NCBI GenBank assembly: GCA_964425005.1
Contig: CAYRKT010000002.1
Span: 1-58,766, forward strand
Direction: 5' to 3'
Source: an uncultured Synergistia bacterium
Lineage (GTDB): Bacteria; Synergistota; Synergistia; CAYRKT01
Length of the DNA: 58,766 nucleotides
Below are positions 1-10,534 of the stretch, one piece after another. A program made the translations under genes and the position numbers. Positions within the stretch are counted from its first letter, which is position 1; every line of letters starts with the position of its first letter. The notes below the pieces were generated by a model. That model did not search any database, was not told the origin of the DNA, and saw nothing but the letters and a program-made list of their open reading frames with translations.

Positions 1-71
1 CCTATCACTTTTATCACCGCGCGATAGGTGCCGCTGTCTATGTCCGCGAACTCAAACCGCTTCTCCGCCAA
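1..71 (-). CDS. ftsZ: Cell division protein FtsZ, N-terminal fragment (runs off window start)
   Basis: Read by hand: TTG at 71 after GAGGT gives MAEKRFEFADIDSGTYRAVIKVIG. IKVIG opens the FtsZ GTPase domain. Lies directly downstream of ftsA. Not in the ORF track. Confidence 0.8.
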   Translation of the reverse strand, partial: MAEKRFEFADIDSGTYRAVIKVI

Positions 72-112
72 CTTACCTCACCACCTCGCCGCCACACGTC
101 AAGGAGGACCAC

Positions 113-1396
113 CTAGAAGAAATCCCTCAATATCGACAAAACGAAGTCCTTTAACCTGCTCCAGGCGCTGGGCCCACGGTTGGCCTGGACCTGCCTCCTC
201 GGGCTGGAACCCAAGCCACCGCCCCCCAAGACCAGGGCCTCCGGTACCTCGACTGAGGCCTTGAGAAGGCCAACCGCCGAGGAGTACACGGGCTGCATGA
301 GGATGTCGGAAAGCCCCCCGACGCCCACGGGGTAGCCGACCCGCACGGAGACCCCTAACAGCTCCGAGGCGAACTCGTCCACGTAGGGCAGCATCGCACA
401 CCCGCCTGTGACCACGACCCCACCCGGGAGCATGTCCACGCCGGACTTGGATATCTCCTCGGAGACCATGCCCATTATCTCCTCCAGCCTGAAGCTCACG
501 ATCTCGGAGAGCTCCCTCCTCGTCACCACCCTGCTCTTCCTGCTCCCGGGCATGGATATCTCTATCTCCGCGTCCTCGTCGACGAAGTCCTGATGGGCCA
601 CCGCCCACCTCACCTTGAGCTCCTCCGCCGAGGGCAGCGGAACCCGCAGCACACAGGCTATGTCGTTGGTGATGTGATCCCCCCCCAGCGGGACCAGGGA
701 CACATACCTCAGGGTGCCCTGATGAAAGACGGCCACCCCCGTGGTGCCAGCCCCCACGTCCACCACGGCCGTCCCCAGGTACCTCTCCTGGTGCCCCAAA
801 ACGGCGTAGGCCGAGGCCACCGGTTTGAGCAGAAAACCCTCCACCGATAGCCCTGCCCCTTCCACCGCCGATATGACGTTCTTGACGCTGGAGGCCAAAG
901 CGGTGATGACCTGGACCTCCACCTCGAGCCTCACGGCGCTCATCCCCAGCGGGTTGTCTATGCCGCCCTGTCCGTCCACCAGGAACTCCTTGGGCAGCAC
1001 GTGCACCAGGAACCTGTCCGTGGGTATGGGAACGCTGCCGGCCACCTCCACCACGCGCTTCACGTCGTCCTGCGTCACCCTCCTGGCGTCCTTGCCCAGG
1101 GAGATCATGCCCCTGTTGAAGACGCAGCCCACGTCCAGGGCGGAGGAGGTGAGCAAGACCCTGTCGAAGGAGCAGTTGCTCATCCTCCTGGCCTCCTCGC
1201 AGGCCTGACGCACGCAGTTGGTGGCCTCCTCCATGTTCACTATGACACCCTTCTTTATACCCCTAGAGGGAACCGAGCCAACGCCCACCACCTGGGGGGT
1301 GGAACCTATCCCCATCTCGGCCACTACGACGCACACCTTGTTGGTCCCCAGATCCACAGCTACCAAAAGCTCCTCAGCGCCCTTGCCGCGGGGCAT
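113..1396 (-). CDS. ftsA: Cell division protein FtsA
   Basis: 427 aa; VDLGTNKV, VDVGAGTT, GGDHITNDI, VVVTGG actin-fold motifs; dcw position; SD GGGGAG. Confidence 0.97.
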   Translation of the reverse strand: MPRGKGAEELLVAVDLGTNKVCVVVAEMGIGSTPQVVGVGSVPSRGIKKGVIVNMEEATNCVRQACEEARRMSNCSFDRVLLTSSALDVGCVFNRGMISLGKDARRVTQDDVKRVVEVAGSVPIPTDRFLVHVLPKEFLVDGQGGIDNPLGMSAVRLEVEVQVITALASSVKNVISAVEGAGLSVEGFLLKPVASAYAVLGHQERYLGTAVVDVGAGTTGVAVFHQGTLRYVSLVPLGGDHITNDIACVLRVPLPSAEELKVRWAVAHQDFVDEDAEIEISMPGSRKSRVVTRRELSEIVSFRLEEIMGMVSEEISKSGVDMLPGGVVVTGGCAMLPYVDEFASELLGVSVRVGYPVGVGGLSDILMQPVYSSAVGLLKASVEVPEALVLGGGGLGSSPRRQVQANRGPSAWSRLKDFVLSILRDFF

Positions 1397-1426
1397 CCGC
1401 TTCTCCCCCTTCTAGAGCTAAAGGCT

Positions 1427-2191
1427 TCAGCGACCCCTTCTCCTCACCACCACCACGCCCTCGGCGGAGAAATCCACCCTCTCCAGGTCTCCCCTGGCCA
1501 CCGAGGGGGTCTTGAGGAAGGCCCTCAGCACGTCCCCAGCGGAAGAGGCCACCTGATCCGCCGTGAACTGCAGAACGGGCCCACCCTCCACCTCCAGAGC
1601 GACCAAGCCCAACCTCTCGTCCATGGACACGACCTTTACCTCGCCCAGCCCTAGCTCGGACGCGATCCCCACCAGCTCCACGAGGCCCACCCAGAATCGA
1701 CCTCCCAGGAGCCAGGGCCCTCCGCCATCCCTCAGCGCGTCCCCGAAACCCCTGAGCTCGACCAGCCCCTTAGCCCTGTGGGGCGAGTCCTCCCAGGAGA
1801 AACCCTCGCGGTCTACCAACAGCACCCTGTCCCCGCTGGCGACCCAGAAGGCCGGAGAGCGCCACTCCACCCTCACCTCCAGAGCCCTCCAGCCCACCAC
1901 AGCGGAAGCGTCCCTGATGGGGTACCTGGCCCTCAAACCCTCGCACAGCTTAGCCCTGTCGACCAGGAAGAAGTAATCCCTCTCCAGATCCGAAAGAAGA
2001 GTCCATATCATGCCCTCGTCCAACGCCTCAAGGCCCCCAGGGGGTCCCACCGAGACCAGCCTTACCTCCTCCAGCGAGAAGGGCAGGGCCACGTTCACCG
2101 CGTACCATACGGCCCCTCCAGCGGCGGAGAAGATGAGAAACGCAAGGGCTATCAGCGCCAGTTTCGCTCCAACACCATCTCCCTCGCGCAA
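1427..2191 (-). CDS. ftsQ: Cell division protein FtsQ/DivIB-like (TM + POTRA + beta domain)
   Basis: N-terminal TM segment, YPIRDASAVVGWRALEVRVE POTRA-like stretch, VDREG; between murB and ftsA. Confidence 0.7.
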   Translation of the reverse strand: MREGDGVGAKLALIALAFLIFSAAGGAVWYAVNVALPFSLEEVRLVSVGPPGGLEALDEGMIWTLLSDLERDYFFLVDRAKLCEGLRARYPIRDASAVVGWRALEVRVEWRSPAFWVASGDRVLLVDREGFSWEDSPHRAKGLVELRGFGDALRDGGGPWLLGGRFWVGLVELVGIASELGLGEVKVVSMDERLGLVALEVEGGPVLQFTADQVASSAGDVLRAFLKTPSVARGDLERVDFSAEGVVVVRRRGR

Positions 2192-3108
2192 CGCCTCCTC
2201 ACCGTCTCCAGCTCGCCACCCCTGACCTCGATCTCCAGCTCGAGCTCCACGCCGAAGGCCTCCCTGACCCTCTCCCTCACCAACCTTATGAGGGCCAGGA
2301 CGTCGCTGGCCCTGGCGCTGCCCAGGTTGACTATGAAGTTAGCGTGGTTGGGGGAGACCATGGCGTCCCCTATCCTCACGCCCTTGCAGCCGCTCATCTC
2401 TATCAGCCTACCAGCGAAAGCACCGGGCGGGTTCTTGAACACACAGCCAGCGCTGGGGAAGTGATAGGGTTGATGTTTTCGCCTCTCCCAGAAGTAGCGG
2501 AGCTTCTCCTCTATCACCTCGGAGCTGGAGGGCTGAAGCGACAACCCCACCCTCCATATGAACCAGCCCTTGTCCTGGAACGAGGAGGTCCTGTAGCCGA
2601 AGGACAGCTCCTCCCTCTCCAGCCTGATCAACCCGCCGTCCTCGTCCAGGACGTCCACGAAGGAGACCACGTCCCCCAGGGAGTGGGTCTTAGCGCCGGC
2701 GTTTATCCAAACTCCGCCCCCTATCGAGCCCGGTATCCCTATGGCGAACTCCATCCCGGATAGCCTGAGCCTCTTGGACAGCTCTATGACGTCGGAGAGC
2801 GCTACGCCTGCCTCCGCCTCCACCACGTGGGGTCCGGATAGCTTCACCTCCGACATCTTGCCTCCCACCTTCACCACAACCCCAGGGAAGCCTTCGTCCA
2901 GTATGAGGATGTTGGTCCCCCTGCCGAGGAACAGCAAGGGGAGGTCCTCGGCCCTGCAGAACCTGAGGACCTCCCTCACGTCCTCCACCCCGTCGGGGAC
3001 CACCAAGGCGTCGGCCTTCCCTCCGACGCCTATGGAAGTGTGAGGGGCCAGCTCTTCGTCGAGCAAGACCTTCCCTCTCACCAACCTGGAAAGGATAGAG
3101 AGATCCAT
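2152..3108 (-). CDS. murB: UDP-N-acetylenolpyruvoylglucosamine reductase
   Basis: HTSIGVGG, GRGTNIL, GIPGSIGG, SAGCVFKNP, HANFIVN, LELEI motifs. Confidence 0.97.
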   Translation of the reverse strand: MDLSILSRLVRGKVLLDEELAPHTSIGVGGKADALVVPDGVEDVREVLRFCRAEDLPLLFLGRGTNILILDEGFPGVVVKVGGKMSEVKLSGPHVVEAEAGVALSDVIELSKRLRLSGMEFAIGIPGSIGGGVWINAGAKTHSLGDVVSFVDVLDEDGGLIRLEREELSFGYRTSSFQDKGWFIWRVGLSLQPSSSEVIEEKLRYFWERRKHQPYHFPSAGCVFKNPPGAFAGRLIEMSGCKGVRIGDAMVSPNHANFIVNLGSARASDVLALIRLVRERVREAFGVELELEIEVRGGELETVRRRCAREMVLERNWR

Positions 3109-3110
3109 GC

Positions 3111-4547
3111 CTATACCTCCTTAAGCCGACACCAGTCCTCGAAAACCCTGCGAAGCAAAACGTTGACGTCCCCCGCCCCCAGCGACACCACCAGGTCGCC
3201 CGGCATCAGGAGACCAGTAACCCCTCCAGTGTCGCAGTCAACCCCATCTAAAAGTATAATATCCCCTGCCCCTTTCCTACCATATAGGACGTCGAGGAAA
3301 AGCTCCGTCTTTGAGCCGAAGTCCTCAGGCCTCGCCTCGGAGGCGGAGAAGACGGGCAACACGAAGAGGAGGTCTGCTCCCTCCGCCAGGACCTCAGCGA
3401 ACTCAGCGGCGAACCGGGCGAAGCGGCTGAACCTGTGGGGTTGAAAGAGGACCACCAACCTCCTCCCGGGCCAGACCGACCTGGCCGTGGCCAAAGTCCT
3501 CCTGATCTCCGTGGGGTGATGGGCGTAGTCGTCCACGAAGACCACACCCCCAGCCTCGCCCACCACGGTCAGCCTCCTCTTGGCCCCGCGAAAGCCCTCG
3601 AGGGAGCCCAGCGCGCTCGACAGAGGAAGACCCATCGCCGCGACCACAGCCATCGCCGCCAGGGCGTTGAGGACGTTGTGCTCCCCGGGCACTCCGAGCC
3701 TCACCTCCCCCACGGGCGAACCGTCCGCGAGCAGGGTGAAGAGGGCGCTCCTGCCCTCCTGCCTGATCCCCACCGCTCCCAGCCTAGCGCGAGATCCCAG
3801 GGCGTAGTCCAAGAGCGCGAGGTCGGACCTGGCGCGGGAGACCTCCCCCGCGAGCCTGGAGAGCAGCGGATCGTCCCCCCAGTAGACCAAAGCCCCTCCG
3901 CGTTTGGAGTTCATGACGTAGCTCAAGAAGACCTCGTAGATCTGTCCCACGTCGCGGTAGACGTCGGCGTGATCCAGCTCCAGGTTGGTCAAGACGGAGA
4001 TGTAAGGCGAGTATTCGGCCATCTGACGGTCGCTCTCGTCGACCTCGCACACCAGGAGATCGCTGTCCCCCAGCAGCACGTTGGCGCCCCAGCTGGGCAC
4101 CTCTCCTCCCACCAGAGCCGTCAGGTCGAATCCCAGCCCCTTGAGGGCGAACGCGACCATGGAGGTGGTGGTGGTCTTGCCGTGGGTCCCGGAGACCCCT
4201 ATGGACCTCATAGCGTTGAAGACGCGCCCCAGGAAGGAGGACCTGCTCTCGACCGAAAGACCCATCCTGATGGCTGCGACCAGCTCCTCGTTGGACCTGT
4301 CGACGGCCTTGCTGAAGACCACCCTATCGCACCTCTCCAGCACCAGATGCTCGGGGGAGTGCCCCCTGTAGACCCTCACACCCCTCCTCCTCACCGCATC
4401 GGCGTAGCCGTCCTCCACGTCGACGTCGCAGCCGCTCACCTCGAATCCCCAACCCTTCAGGAGAAGGGCGAGCGCGCTCACCCCCGCACCACCCACCCCC
4501 ATCAGGTGATAGTTACCCTCGAAAGACCGAAAGAGCTCAGACCCCAC
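3111..4547 (-). CDS. murC: UDP-N-acetylmuramate--L-alanine ligase
   Basis: HLMGVGGAGVS, GTHGKTTT, EVDESD, DDYAHHPTE, FQPHR. Confidence 0.97.
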   Translation of the reverse strand: MGSELFRSFEGNYHLMGVGGAGVSALALLLKGWGFEVSGCDVDVEDGYADAVRRRGVRVYRGHSPEHLVLERCDRVVFSKAVDRSNEELVAAIRMGLSVESRSSFLGRVFNAMRSIGVSGTHGKTTTTSMVAFALKGLGFDLTALVGGEVPSWGANVLLGDSDLLVCEVDESDRQMAEYSPYISVLTNLELDHADVYRDVGQIYEVFLSYVMNSKRGGALVYWGDDPLLSRLAGEVSRARSDLALLDYALGSRARLGAVGIRQEGRSALFTLLADGSPVGEVRLGVPGEHNVLNALAAMAVVAAMGLPLSSALGSLEGFRGAKRRLTVVGEAGGVVFVDDYAHHPTEIRRTLATARSVWPGRRLVVLFQPHRFSRFARFAAEFAEVLAEGADLLFVLPVFSASEARPEDFGSKTELFLDVLYGRKGAGDIILLDGVDCDTGGVTGLLMPGDLVVSLGAGDVNVLLRRVFEDWCRLKEV

Positions 4548-5622
4548 CTGAAGCGCACCCCCAAACTATCTTCGCCGCCCTCGAAGCCGCATCGGGCACC
4601 ACCAGGGAGTAGGCCCTAAGGCCCATCTCCCGCCTGAGCCCAGGATCCAACATGTCCTTCAGGAGCGAGAGAGCCCTGTCGAAGGTGGAAGGATCCCCCT
4701 CGCGGAGGACCTCCGCCCCCCCGGCCCTCTTGACCATCAGGGCGTTCTCCAGCTGATGCCCGCCGGCGGATCCCTCCCACGGGATCAAGACCGAGGGAAG
4801 CGCGAAGGAGCAGATCTCCGCCAGGGCGCCAGCGCCAGCCCTGCTCAGCACCAGGTCTGAGGCGCAATAGAAGTCGCTCATCTCCTCCAGGAACCCCATG
4901 CACACCACGTTCCCGGGAAGCCCTCGAAGCCTCTCCTCCGGATAAGAGCCCGCCAACAGGAAGGCGACGTCCGAGAGCTCCTTCGCCAGCGAGGAGGCGA
5001 GATCCAGCAGGTAGAGGGAGCCCAGGCTGCCTCCCAGCACCCCCACGCAGAGGCGATACCCCGAAAGGCCAAGCCTCTCCTTCGTCCGAAGCTTCCCCTC
5101 CTCGTCCTCCCTCCTCATCCTCCTGATCGGCATGCCGGAGAGGACGAACTTGGGCCCCCTGTATATGGAGAGGGATTCTCGCCAGGAGAGCAACACCAGG
5201 TGGGCCAGCCTGGAGGAGAGGGAGTTGGAAAGCCCCATCCGCAGGTTCTGCTCGTGGACCAGGCATGGTACCCCCAGGGCCCTGGAGGCCACAGCGAAGG
5301 GGAACCCTATGTAGCCTCCCGTGGTGAAGACCAGATGAGGCCTGTAGCCTCGAAGGACCTCAAGGGCCTCGGCCAGGGACTTGAGGTTCCTCCACGCAGA
5401 TCGAAGGACCTCCCAGGACAACTCCCTCGGGATCCCCCTGGAGCCCACCACCTCGGGCTCTATACCCCTGGCCCTGTAGATGGAGAGCTCCAGCTCCCTG
5501 CCGCTGCAGACGAAGAGGGAGTCGAATTCTCCAAACAGATCCCGCATGGCCTCGAAGACCGCCAGGGCCGGAAGGACGTGGCCGCCCGTTCCGCCTGCCG
5601 CGAAGAGGAAGCGCCTCCTCAC
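4537..5622 (-). CDS. murG: Undecaprenyldiphospho-muramoylpentapeptide beta-N-acetylglucosaminyltransferase
   Basis: GGTGGH, HEQN, GGSLG, RAGA, HQLENA. True start is GTG 5622 (GTGA overlap with ftsW stop, SD GGAGGT); track ORF to 6138 is over-extended. Confidence 0.95.
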   Translation of the reverse strand: MRRRFLFAAGGTGGHVLPALAVFEAMRDLFGEFDSLFVCSGRELELSIYRARGIEPEVVGSRGIPRELSWEVLRSAWRNLKSLAEALEVLRGYRPHLVFTTGGYIGFPFAVASRALGVPCLVHEQNLRMGLSNSLSSRLAHLVLLSWRESLSIYRGPKFVLSGMPIRRMRREDEEGKLRTKERLGLSGYRLCVGVLGGSLGSLYLLDLASSLAKELSDVAFLLAGSYPEERLRGLPGNVVCMGFLEEMSDFYCASDLVLSRAGAGALAEICSFALPSVLIPWEGSAGGHQLENALMVKRAGGAEVLREGDPSTFDRALSLLKDMLDPGLRREMGLRAYSLVVPDAASRAAKIVWGCASGGV

Positions 5623-6770
5623 GGCAGGCCACCTCCCGCTGGGCGATCGCCCGCGCCGAGGGTGGAAAGCCTGAGCAAGAGCCCGACCTTGGCGAAGGAG
5701 GTGACCATGGAGCTCCCGCCGTAGCTCAGGAAGGGCAGGGGTAACCCCGTGAGGGGGAAGAGGGCCGTGACCCCTCCCAGGTTTATCAGCGTCTGAAACA
5801 CAAGCGACACCACCAATCCCGCCCCCAGCAAAAAGGCGAAGCGATCCCTCTGCCTTAAGACCACCAGAGAGGCCCTGACGAAGAGCACGAAGTAGAGGAA
5901 CAGGACGAAGGAGACCGCCAGAAGCCCCATCTCCTCGCCCAAGACCGCCAGGATGAAGTCCGTGTGAGCCGCAGGGAGGTAGTAGAACTTCTGCTTGCTC
6001 TGTCCCAGTCCCACCCCCCAAAGGCCGCCCATGGCGTACGCCAGAAGCCCCTGGACCAGCTGGAACCCGCTGCCGCCGGGGTCGCTCCATGGGTCCCAGA
6101 AGGACATGAAGCGCCTGAACCTGTAGGGCTTCGCCCATATCACCAGGCCGAGCAACAGGGGCGAGAGGGCTATCAGGGACAGGCTACCCAGCAGGTTCCC
6201 TCCAGCCAGGACGTAGAGGGAGAAGGCGGTGGCCCCCAGCCAAACCGCACCACCCAGGTCGGGCTGCAGGAAGACCAGCAGGACAGGAAGGGAGATGGCC
6301 TTGACGGAGGCCCAAAAGCCCTCCCAGGAGGCGAGCTCCCCCTCCGACCTGTCGGAGAAGTACCTGGCGAAGTGCACCGAGAGCAAGAGGGACATGACGT
6401 CTAAGACCTGGAAGCTTCCGCCCACCAAGGGTATCCTTATCCATCGATAGGAACCCCCGTGGTAGAGCCCAAGCCCCGGGACGAAGACGGACAAGCCCAG
6501 GAGGAGGGCCAGGACGCCACAGGCCCTGGCTACCCTTCTCCAGACCTCCATCTCCAGGGAGTAGAAGAAGAACATGGCGAGAAAGCCAACCAGGACCGAC
6601 CTCACCTGCTTGCGAAACAGGGGTTGACCCCCCTCCCCGGGGCTGGCGGAAAGACCGTAGAGCACCACCAGCCCCATCAGGCACAGCGCCAAGACGCAGG
6701 CCCACATCAAGAAGTCGGGCCTGATGTGTCGGAGAGCGCCAGTTTCTACGGCCCTCTCCTCAAAGTCCAT
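5619..6770 (-). CDS. ftsW: SEDS peptidoglycan polymerase FtsW
   Basis: Multi-TM; RWI, QPDLG, GFQL, AHTDFI, GEEMG, PLTGLPLPFLSYGGSS. Confidence 0.96.
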   Translation of the reverse strand: MDFEERAVETGALRHIRPDFLMWACVLALCLMGLVVLYGLSASPGEGGQPLFRKQVRSVLVGFLAMFFFYSLEMEVWRRVARACGVLALLLGLSVFVPGLGLYHGGSYRWIRIPLVGGSFQVLDVMSLLLSVHFARYFSDRSEGELASWEGFWASVKAISLPVLLVFLQPDLGGAVWLGATAFSLYVLAGGNLLGSLSLIALSPLLLGLVIWAKPYRFRRFMSFWDPWSDPGGSGFQLVQGLLAYAMGGLWGVGLGQSKQKFYYLPAAHTDFILAVLGEEMGLLAVSFVLFLYFVLFVRASLVVLRQRDRFAFLLGAGLVVSLVFQTLINLGGVTALFPLTGLPLPFLSYGGSSMVTSFAKVGLLLRLSTLGAGDRPAGGGLP

Positions 6771-8136
6771 GGGCCTCTATCAACCTCCTCACGGCCTCCC
6801 TGAAGGCTTGTCCTCTATGGGCGTAGTTCTTGAACATGTCGAAGCTCGCGCAGGCGGGCGAGAGGAGCACCACGTCGCCGGGTTCGGCCATGGAGAAGGC
6901 CAGCTCCACCGCCTCGTCCATGTCCCTCGCGAGACGAAAGGACGAAAACCCCTCCCTCAGAAGCGCCTCGGAGATGGGCCTGGCCTCCTCCCCTATCAGG
7001 ATGGCCCCCCTGGCCCACCTCTTGACCGCCGAGGCCAGGGGGGAGTAGTCCTCCCCCTTGCCCCTGCCCCCCAGTATCACCACCTTACGCCCCTCGATGC
7101 TCCTCAGGGCCGCCACGGCGGCCGCCACGTTGGTCCCCTTGGAGTCGTCTACGAACCTCACGCCCCTGAAGGTGGAGACCTCCTCCGTCCTGTGGGGAAG
7201 AGGTTTGAACGACCTGAGCGATTCCCCGAAGCCCCCGGGGACGCCCTCCGCCAAGGCCACGGCCGCGCAGGCGTACGAGGCGTTCTCCAGGTTGTGCAGC
7301 CCCAGGAGGGGCAACTCCCCCCTGCGAAAGAGCTCCAAGACCTCGCCTTCCCTCCGAAGCAAGACCTCCTCGTCCGCCCAGAGGATCGAACCCTCCGCGT
7401 CGAGGCTGACTCCTCCCTCGGATCTCAACAGCACCGCCCTTCTGGCCCTGACGGAGGAGCCCACCCTGTGGGCCAGCTCGACGGGGTAAAGGGCCCACTC
7501 GCGGGAGATGCGGATCAGCTTGAGCTTGGCCTCCAGGTAGGCCTCGAAGGAGCCGTGCCAGTCCAGGTGATCCGGCTCCACGTTGGTGAGCACGCCCACG
7601 TCGGGCGCGAAGCTATCCGCCCAGTGGAGCTGATAGCTGCTCACCTCCCACACCACGAAGTCGTAATCGCCGGCGCAGGCGTTGATGGCCGGGTTGCCGA
7701 AGTTCCCCCCCACGAAGACCTCGCCCATGGGTTTCAAAAGATGCCCTATCAGGGCGGTGGTGGTGCTCTTGCCGTTGGTGCCCGTCACGCAGTAAAGCCT
7801 TCGGACGGGGGGGAGCAGGCGCCAAGCCAGCTCCAGCTCCCCCACCAGGGGCACCCCTCTCCTCTCGGCCTCCCTCACGGCAGCGCTCGAGGGGGAGACG
7901 CTGGAGCTCAAAACCATGAGGTCGCAGGAGAAGGCCCTCTCCGAGTGCCCACCCACCTCGAAGGCTACCCCGGCCTCCTCCAGGGAGGCCAGGTTAGCCC
8001 CATCGACCGAGGCGCTCGCCTCGCTCACGAGGACCTCGAGCCCAAGCCTGAGCTTCAGGAACAGGGCCGACGCCGTCCCGCTCTTGCCGGCCCCTACGAC
8101 GGTCACCCTCCTGACGCCTTCGAGGAAATCCCTCAT
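6760..8136 (-). CDS. murD: UDP-N-acetylmuramoyl-L-alanine--D-glutamate ligase
   Basis: GAGKSG, GTNGKSTT, EVSSYQL, DHLDWH, DDSKGTN, LSPACASFD. Start ATG 8136 overlaps the mraY stop. Confidence 0.96.
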   Translation of the reverse strand: MRDFLEGVRRVTVVGAGKSGTASALFLKLRLGLEVLVSEASASVDGANLASLEEAGVAFEVGGHSERAFSCDLMVLSSSVSPSSAAVREAERRGVPLVGELELAWRLLPPVRRLYCVTGTNGKSTTTALIGHLLKPMGEVFVGGNFGNPAINACAGDYDFVVWEVSSYQLHWADSFAPDVGVLTNVEPDHLDWHGSFEAYLEAKLKLIRISREWALYPVELAHRVGSSVRARRAVLLRSEGGVSLDAEGSILWADEEVLLRREGEVLELFRRGELPLLGLHNLENASYACAAVALAEGVPGGFGESLRSFKPLPHRTEEVSTFRGVRFVDDSKGTNVAAAVAALRSIEGRKVVILGGRGKGEDYSPLASAVKRWARGAILIGEEARPISEALLREGFSSFRLARDMDEAVELAFSMAEPGDVVLLSPACASFDMFKNYAHRGQAFREAVRRLIEAHGL

Positions 8137-9128
8137 CGCGCAACCCCCCAGAGGAGGAGCATGCCCACCAGGCAGGACGCCGAATGGCAGAGGAGAAAGC
8201 CCAACACTATGGAGGGCTCGGAGTGACCCTTGAGCTCGAAGTGGTGGTGGAAGGGGCTCATCGAGAAAACTCTGCGGGAGAAGAGGGAAAGGGAGAGCCT
8301 CTGGACGAGCACAGAGGCCGTGTCCCAGACGAAGAGACCGCCCAGGAACAGAAGGAGCCACTCCGAGGAGAGGAGGAAGGAAGATATGCCCAGGACCCCT
8401 CCCAGGAAATGGGACCCCACGTCGCCCATGAAGAGCATGGCCGGATGCCAGTTGAAGACCAGGAAGGCCACCAGGGAGCCCATCACGACCCAGAGGTAAG
8501 GGAGGAGCTCGGATAGCTCCACCTTCCCGCCCCCGCCGAGGAGGAGGAGCGAAGCGAGGCTCAGCAGAGCACCTCCCGCCGCCAAGCCGTCCAGTCCGTC
8601 GGCTATGTTCACGGCGTTGACCGTCCCGACCAGCACGAAAGTCGAGGCGATCAGGCCCAGGACCCCAGCGAGCCCGTGCCCCCCGACCTCCAGGCCCCAG
8701 GAGGGGAGGAGGAACACGCGTTCCTTAAGCCCAGCTCTGACGGCGAACACGGTCAAGGCCAGGGCCACCAGGCACTGCAGGGCGAACTTGCTCCTCTCCG
8801 TCAAACCCTCGCTGGTACCGCTCCTCCACTTCAACAGGTCGTCGAGGAAGCCCACGGCGGAGAAAGCCGAGGTTCCCAGCACCAGGAGGGAGGACCTCGG
8901 CCCCAGGCCCTCGCGGAGGAGACCGAGGACGGCGAAGGCGAGGAGAGCGAGGACGAAGGCCACCCCACCCGCGGTGGGGGTACCGACCTTCTCCCTCAGG
9001 TGCCTCTCGGGGCCGTACCTCTTCAGGTTCTGGTATAGGTATAGCCTGCGCAAAACCAAGATCAGCGCCCAGGAGATGGAGGCGCTGATCGCGAAGGACG
9101 CCCAGAAGTGCAACAGGAAGCCCCTCAT
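8133..9128 (-). CDS. mraY: Phospho-N-acetylmuramoyl-pentapeptide transferase
   Basis: KVGTPTAGG, GFLDD, NAVNIADGLDGLA, FMGDVGS, PFHHHFE. Start ATG 9128 overlaps the murF stop. Confidence 0.96.
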   Translation of the reverse strand: MRGFLLHFWASFAISASISWALILVLRRLYLYQNLKRYGPERHLREKVGTPTAGGVAFVLALLAFAVLGLLREGLGPRSSLLVLGTSAFSAVGFLDDLLKWRSGTSEGLTERSKFALQCLVALALTVFAVRAGLKERVFLLPSWGLEVGGHGLAGVLGLIASTFVLVGTVNAVNIADGLDGLAAGGALLSLASLLLLGGGGKVELSELLPYLWVVMGSLVAFLVFNWHPAMLFMGDVGSHFLGGVLGISSFLLSSEWLLLFLGGLFVWDTASVLVQRLSLSLFSRRVFSMSPFHHHFELKGHSEPSIVLGFLLCHSASCLVGMLLLWGVAR

Positions 9129-10534
9129 TCCACCCCCAGCCTCCCCAACAACTCCTCGAACCTGCAAGACCTGGAGGCCTTGAAGGCCACCGCGCTCCCC
9201 GGAGGGAAGCGCTTCAACAGGTCAGATGGGACCCGATCCCCGTCCGGGTAGAGATCCAGGAAGGCCCCCCTCGGTACCCCCGAGGCGGAAAAGCCCTCCG
9301 AGAACGCCTCTCCCTCGGGGCCCACGAAGACCGCGCCGTCCACCACAAGCCCGGCCTCGAACCCCAGCTCCCTGTGGAAAACCTCGCGCCCTTCCCCCAG
9401 CTCCTTCATGCTGCCGAAGACGACGAAGACCGAAAGCCCCCTATCGTCCTTCAGCTCCCTCAGGAAGGCGAGCAACGCCCTGGCGGACTCGGGGTTGGCG
9501 TTGTAGAAGTCCTCGATCAGCAGCAGGTCGCCTGCCTTCCTGGGCCTTACGCGCATCTCGGGTGGTTCTGCGCCCTCGAGGGAGGCCAAGACCTCCTCGA
9601 AGTCGAAGCCCAGGTTCACCATCGCCGAGGCCGCCAGGGCCACGTTGATGGCGTTGTGGGCGCCCACCAACCGGGTTGATATCCTCCCCCTCCTCCCCGA
9701 GGCCACCTCCTCGAGATCCACCCACAGGCACAGGTCGTCCCCCATGCCCGTCCCGAGAACCCTCACGTGGTCGCCCCAGGCTCCCACGGAGCAGCGCCTG
9801 AAACTCCCATGGGGAACCCCCCGGGCCAACCTCTCGTCGTCGCCGTTGAAGGAAACCCAACCGCCCTCCCTCAAACCCTCCAGGATCTCGAGCTTCGCGC
9901 GAAGGACCCCATCCAGGTCGCCCAGGGCCTCCAGGTGAGCTGGCGCGACCTTGACCAGAACAGCTCCGTCGAGGGGGAAGAGCTCGACCATCCTCCTGAT
10001 CTCCCCGAAACCGCTGGTGCCGAGCTCCAGCACCAGGACGTCCAGCGGAGCTGGAGCGGAGAGCACGGCCAGGGAGATCCCCACCTCCGTGTTGTAGCTG
10101 CGAGGGGTGTGGAAGGCCCTGCACAGGCGCGAAAGCCCCTCGCCCAGGACCTTTTTGGTGGTGGACTTGCCGACGCTTCCGGTGATCCCCACCACCCCGA
10201 AGGGCTTGAGAGAGCCCAGGAGGTATCGCCTGGCGGCCCATATCAGGGACTTGAGGACGTCGGGCACCCTGATCAAGAGAACCTCTGAGAGCCCCTCGGG
10301 CTCGACGGGGAGGCGAAAGCCCTCCTGGACAACCAGGACCTTCGCCCCCCTACTCGCCGCGTCCCCCACGAACAGGTGTCCGTCGCTCCTGCTGCCCCGA
10401 AGGGCGAAGAAACAGGAGTTCGGCCCAGCCATGCGGCTGTCCACCACGAAGGAGGATATCTCCACGTCGAGGAAGGGGCCCTCGACCCTGGAGGGCGCAA
10501 GGAGCTCGATCAGCTCAGACGACCTCAAGGCCAA
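9125..10534 (-). CDS. murF: UDP-N-acetylmuramoyl-tripeptide--D-Ala-D-Ala ligase
   Basis: DSR, DGH, GITGSVGKSTTK, YNTEVG, DFYNANPES, MKELG, KASR. Confidence 0.96.
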   Translation of the reverse strand: MALRSSELIELLAPSRVEGPFLDVEISSFVVDSRMAGPNSCFFALRGSRSDGHLFVGDAASRGAKVLVVQEGFRLPVEPEGLSEVLLIRVPDVLKSLIWAARRYLLGSLKPFGVVGITGSVGKSTTKKVLGEGLSRLCRAFHTPRSYNTEVGISLAVLSAPAPLDVLVLELGTSGFGEIRRMVELFPLDGAVLVKVAPAHLEALGDLDGVLRAKLEILEGLREGGWVSFNGDDERLARGVPHGSFRRCSVGAWGDHVRVLGTGMGDDLCLWVDLEEVASGRRGRISTRLVGAHNAINVALAASAMVNLGFDFEEVLASLEGAEPPEMRVRPRKAGDLLLIEDFYNANPESARALLAFLRELKDDRGLSVFVVFGSMKELGEGREVFHRELGFEAGLVVDGAVFVGPEGEAFSEGFSASGVPRGAFLDLYPDGDRVPSDLLKRFPPGSAVAFKASRSCRFEELLGRLGVE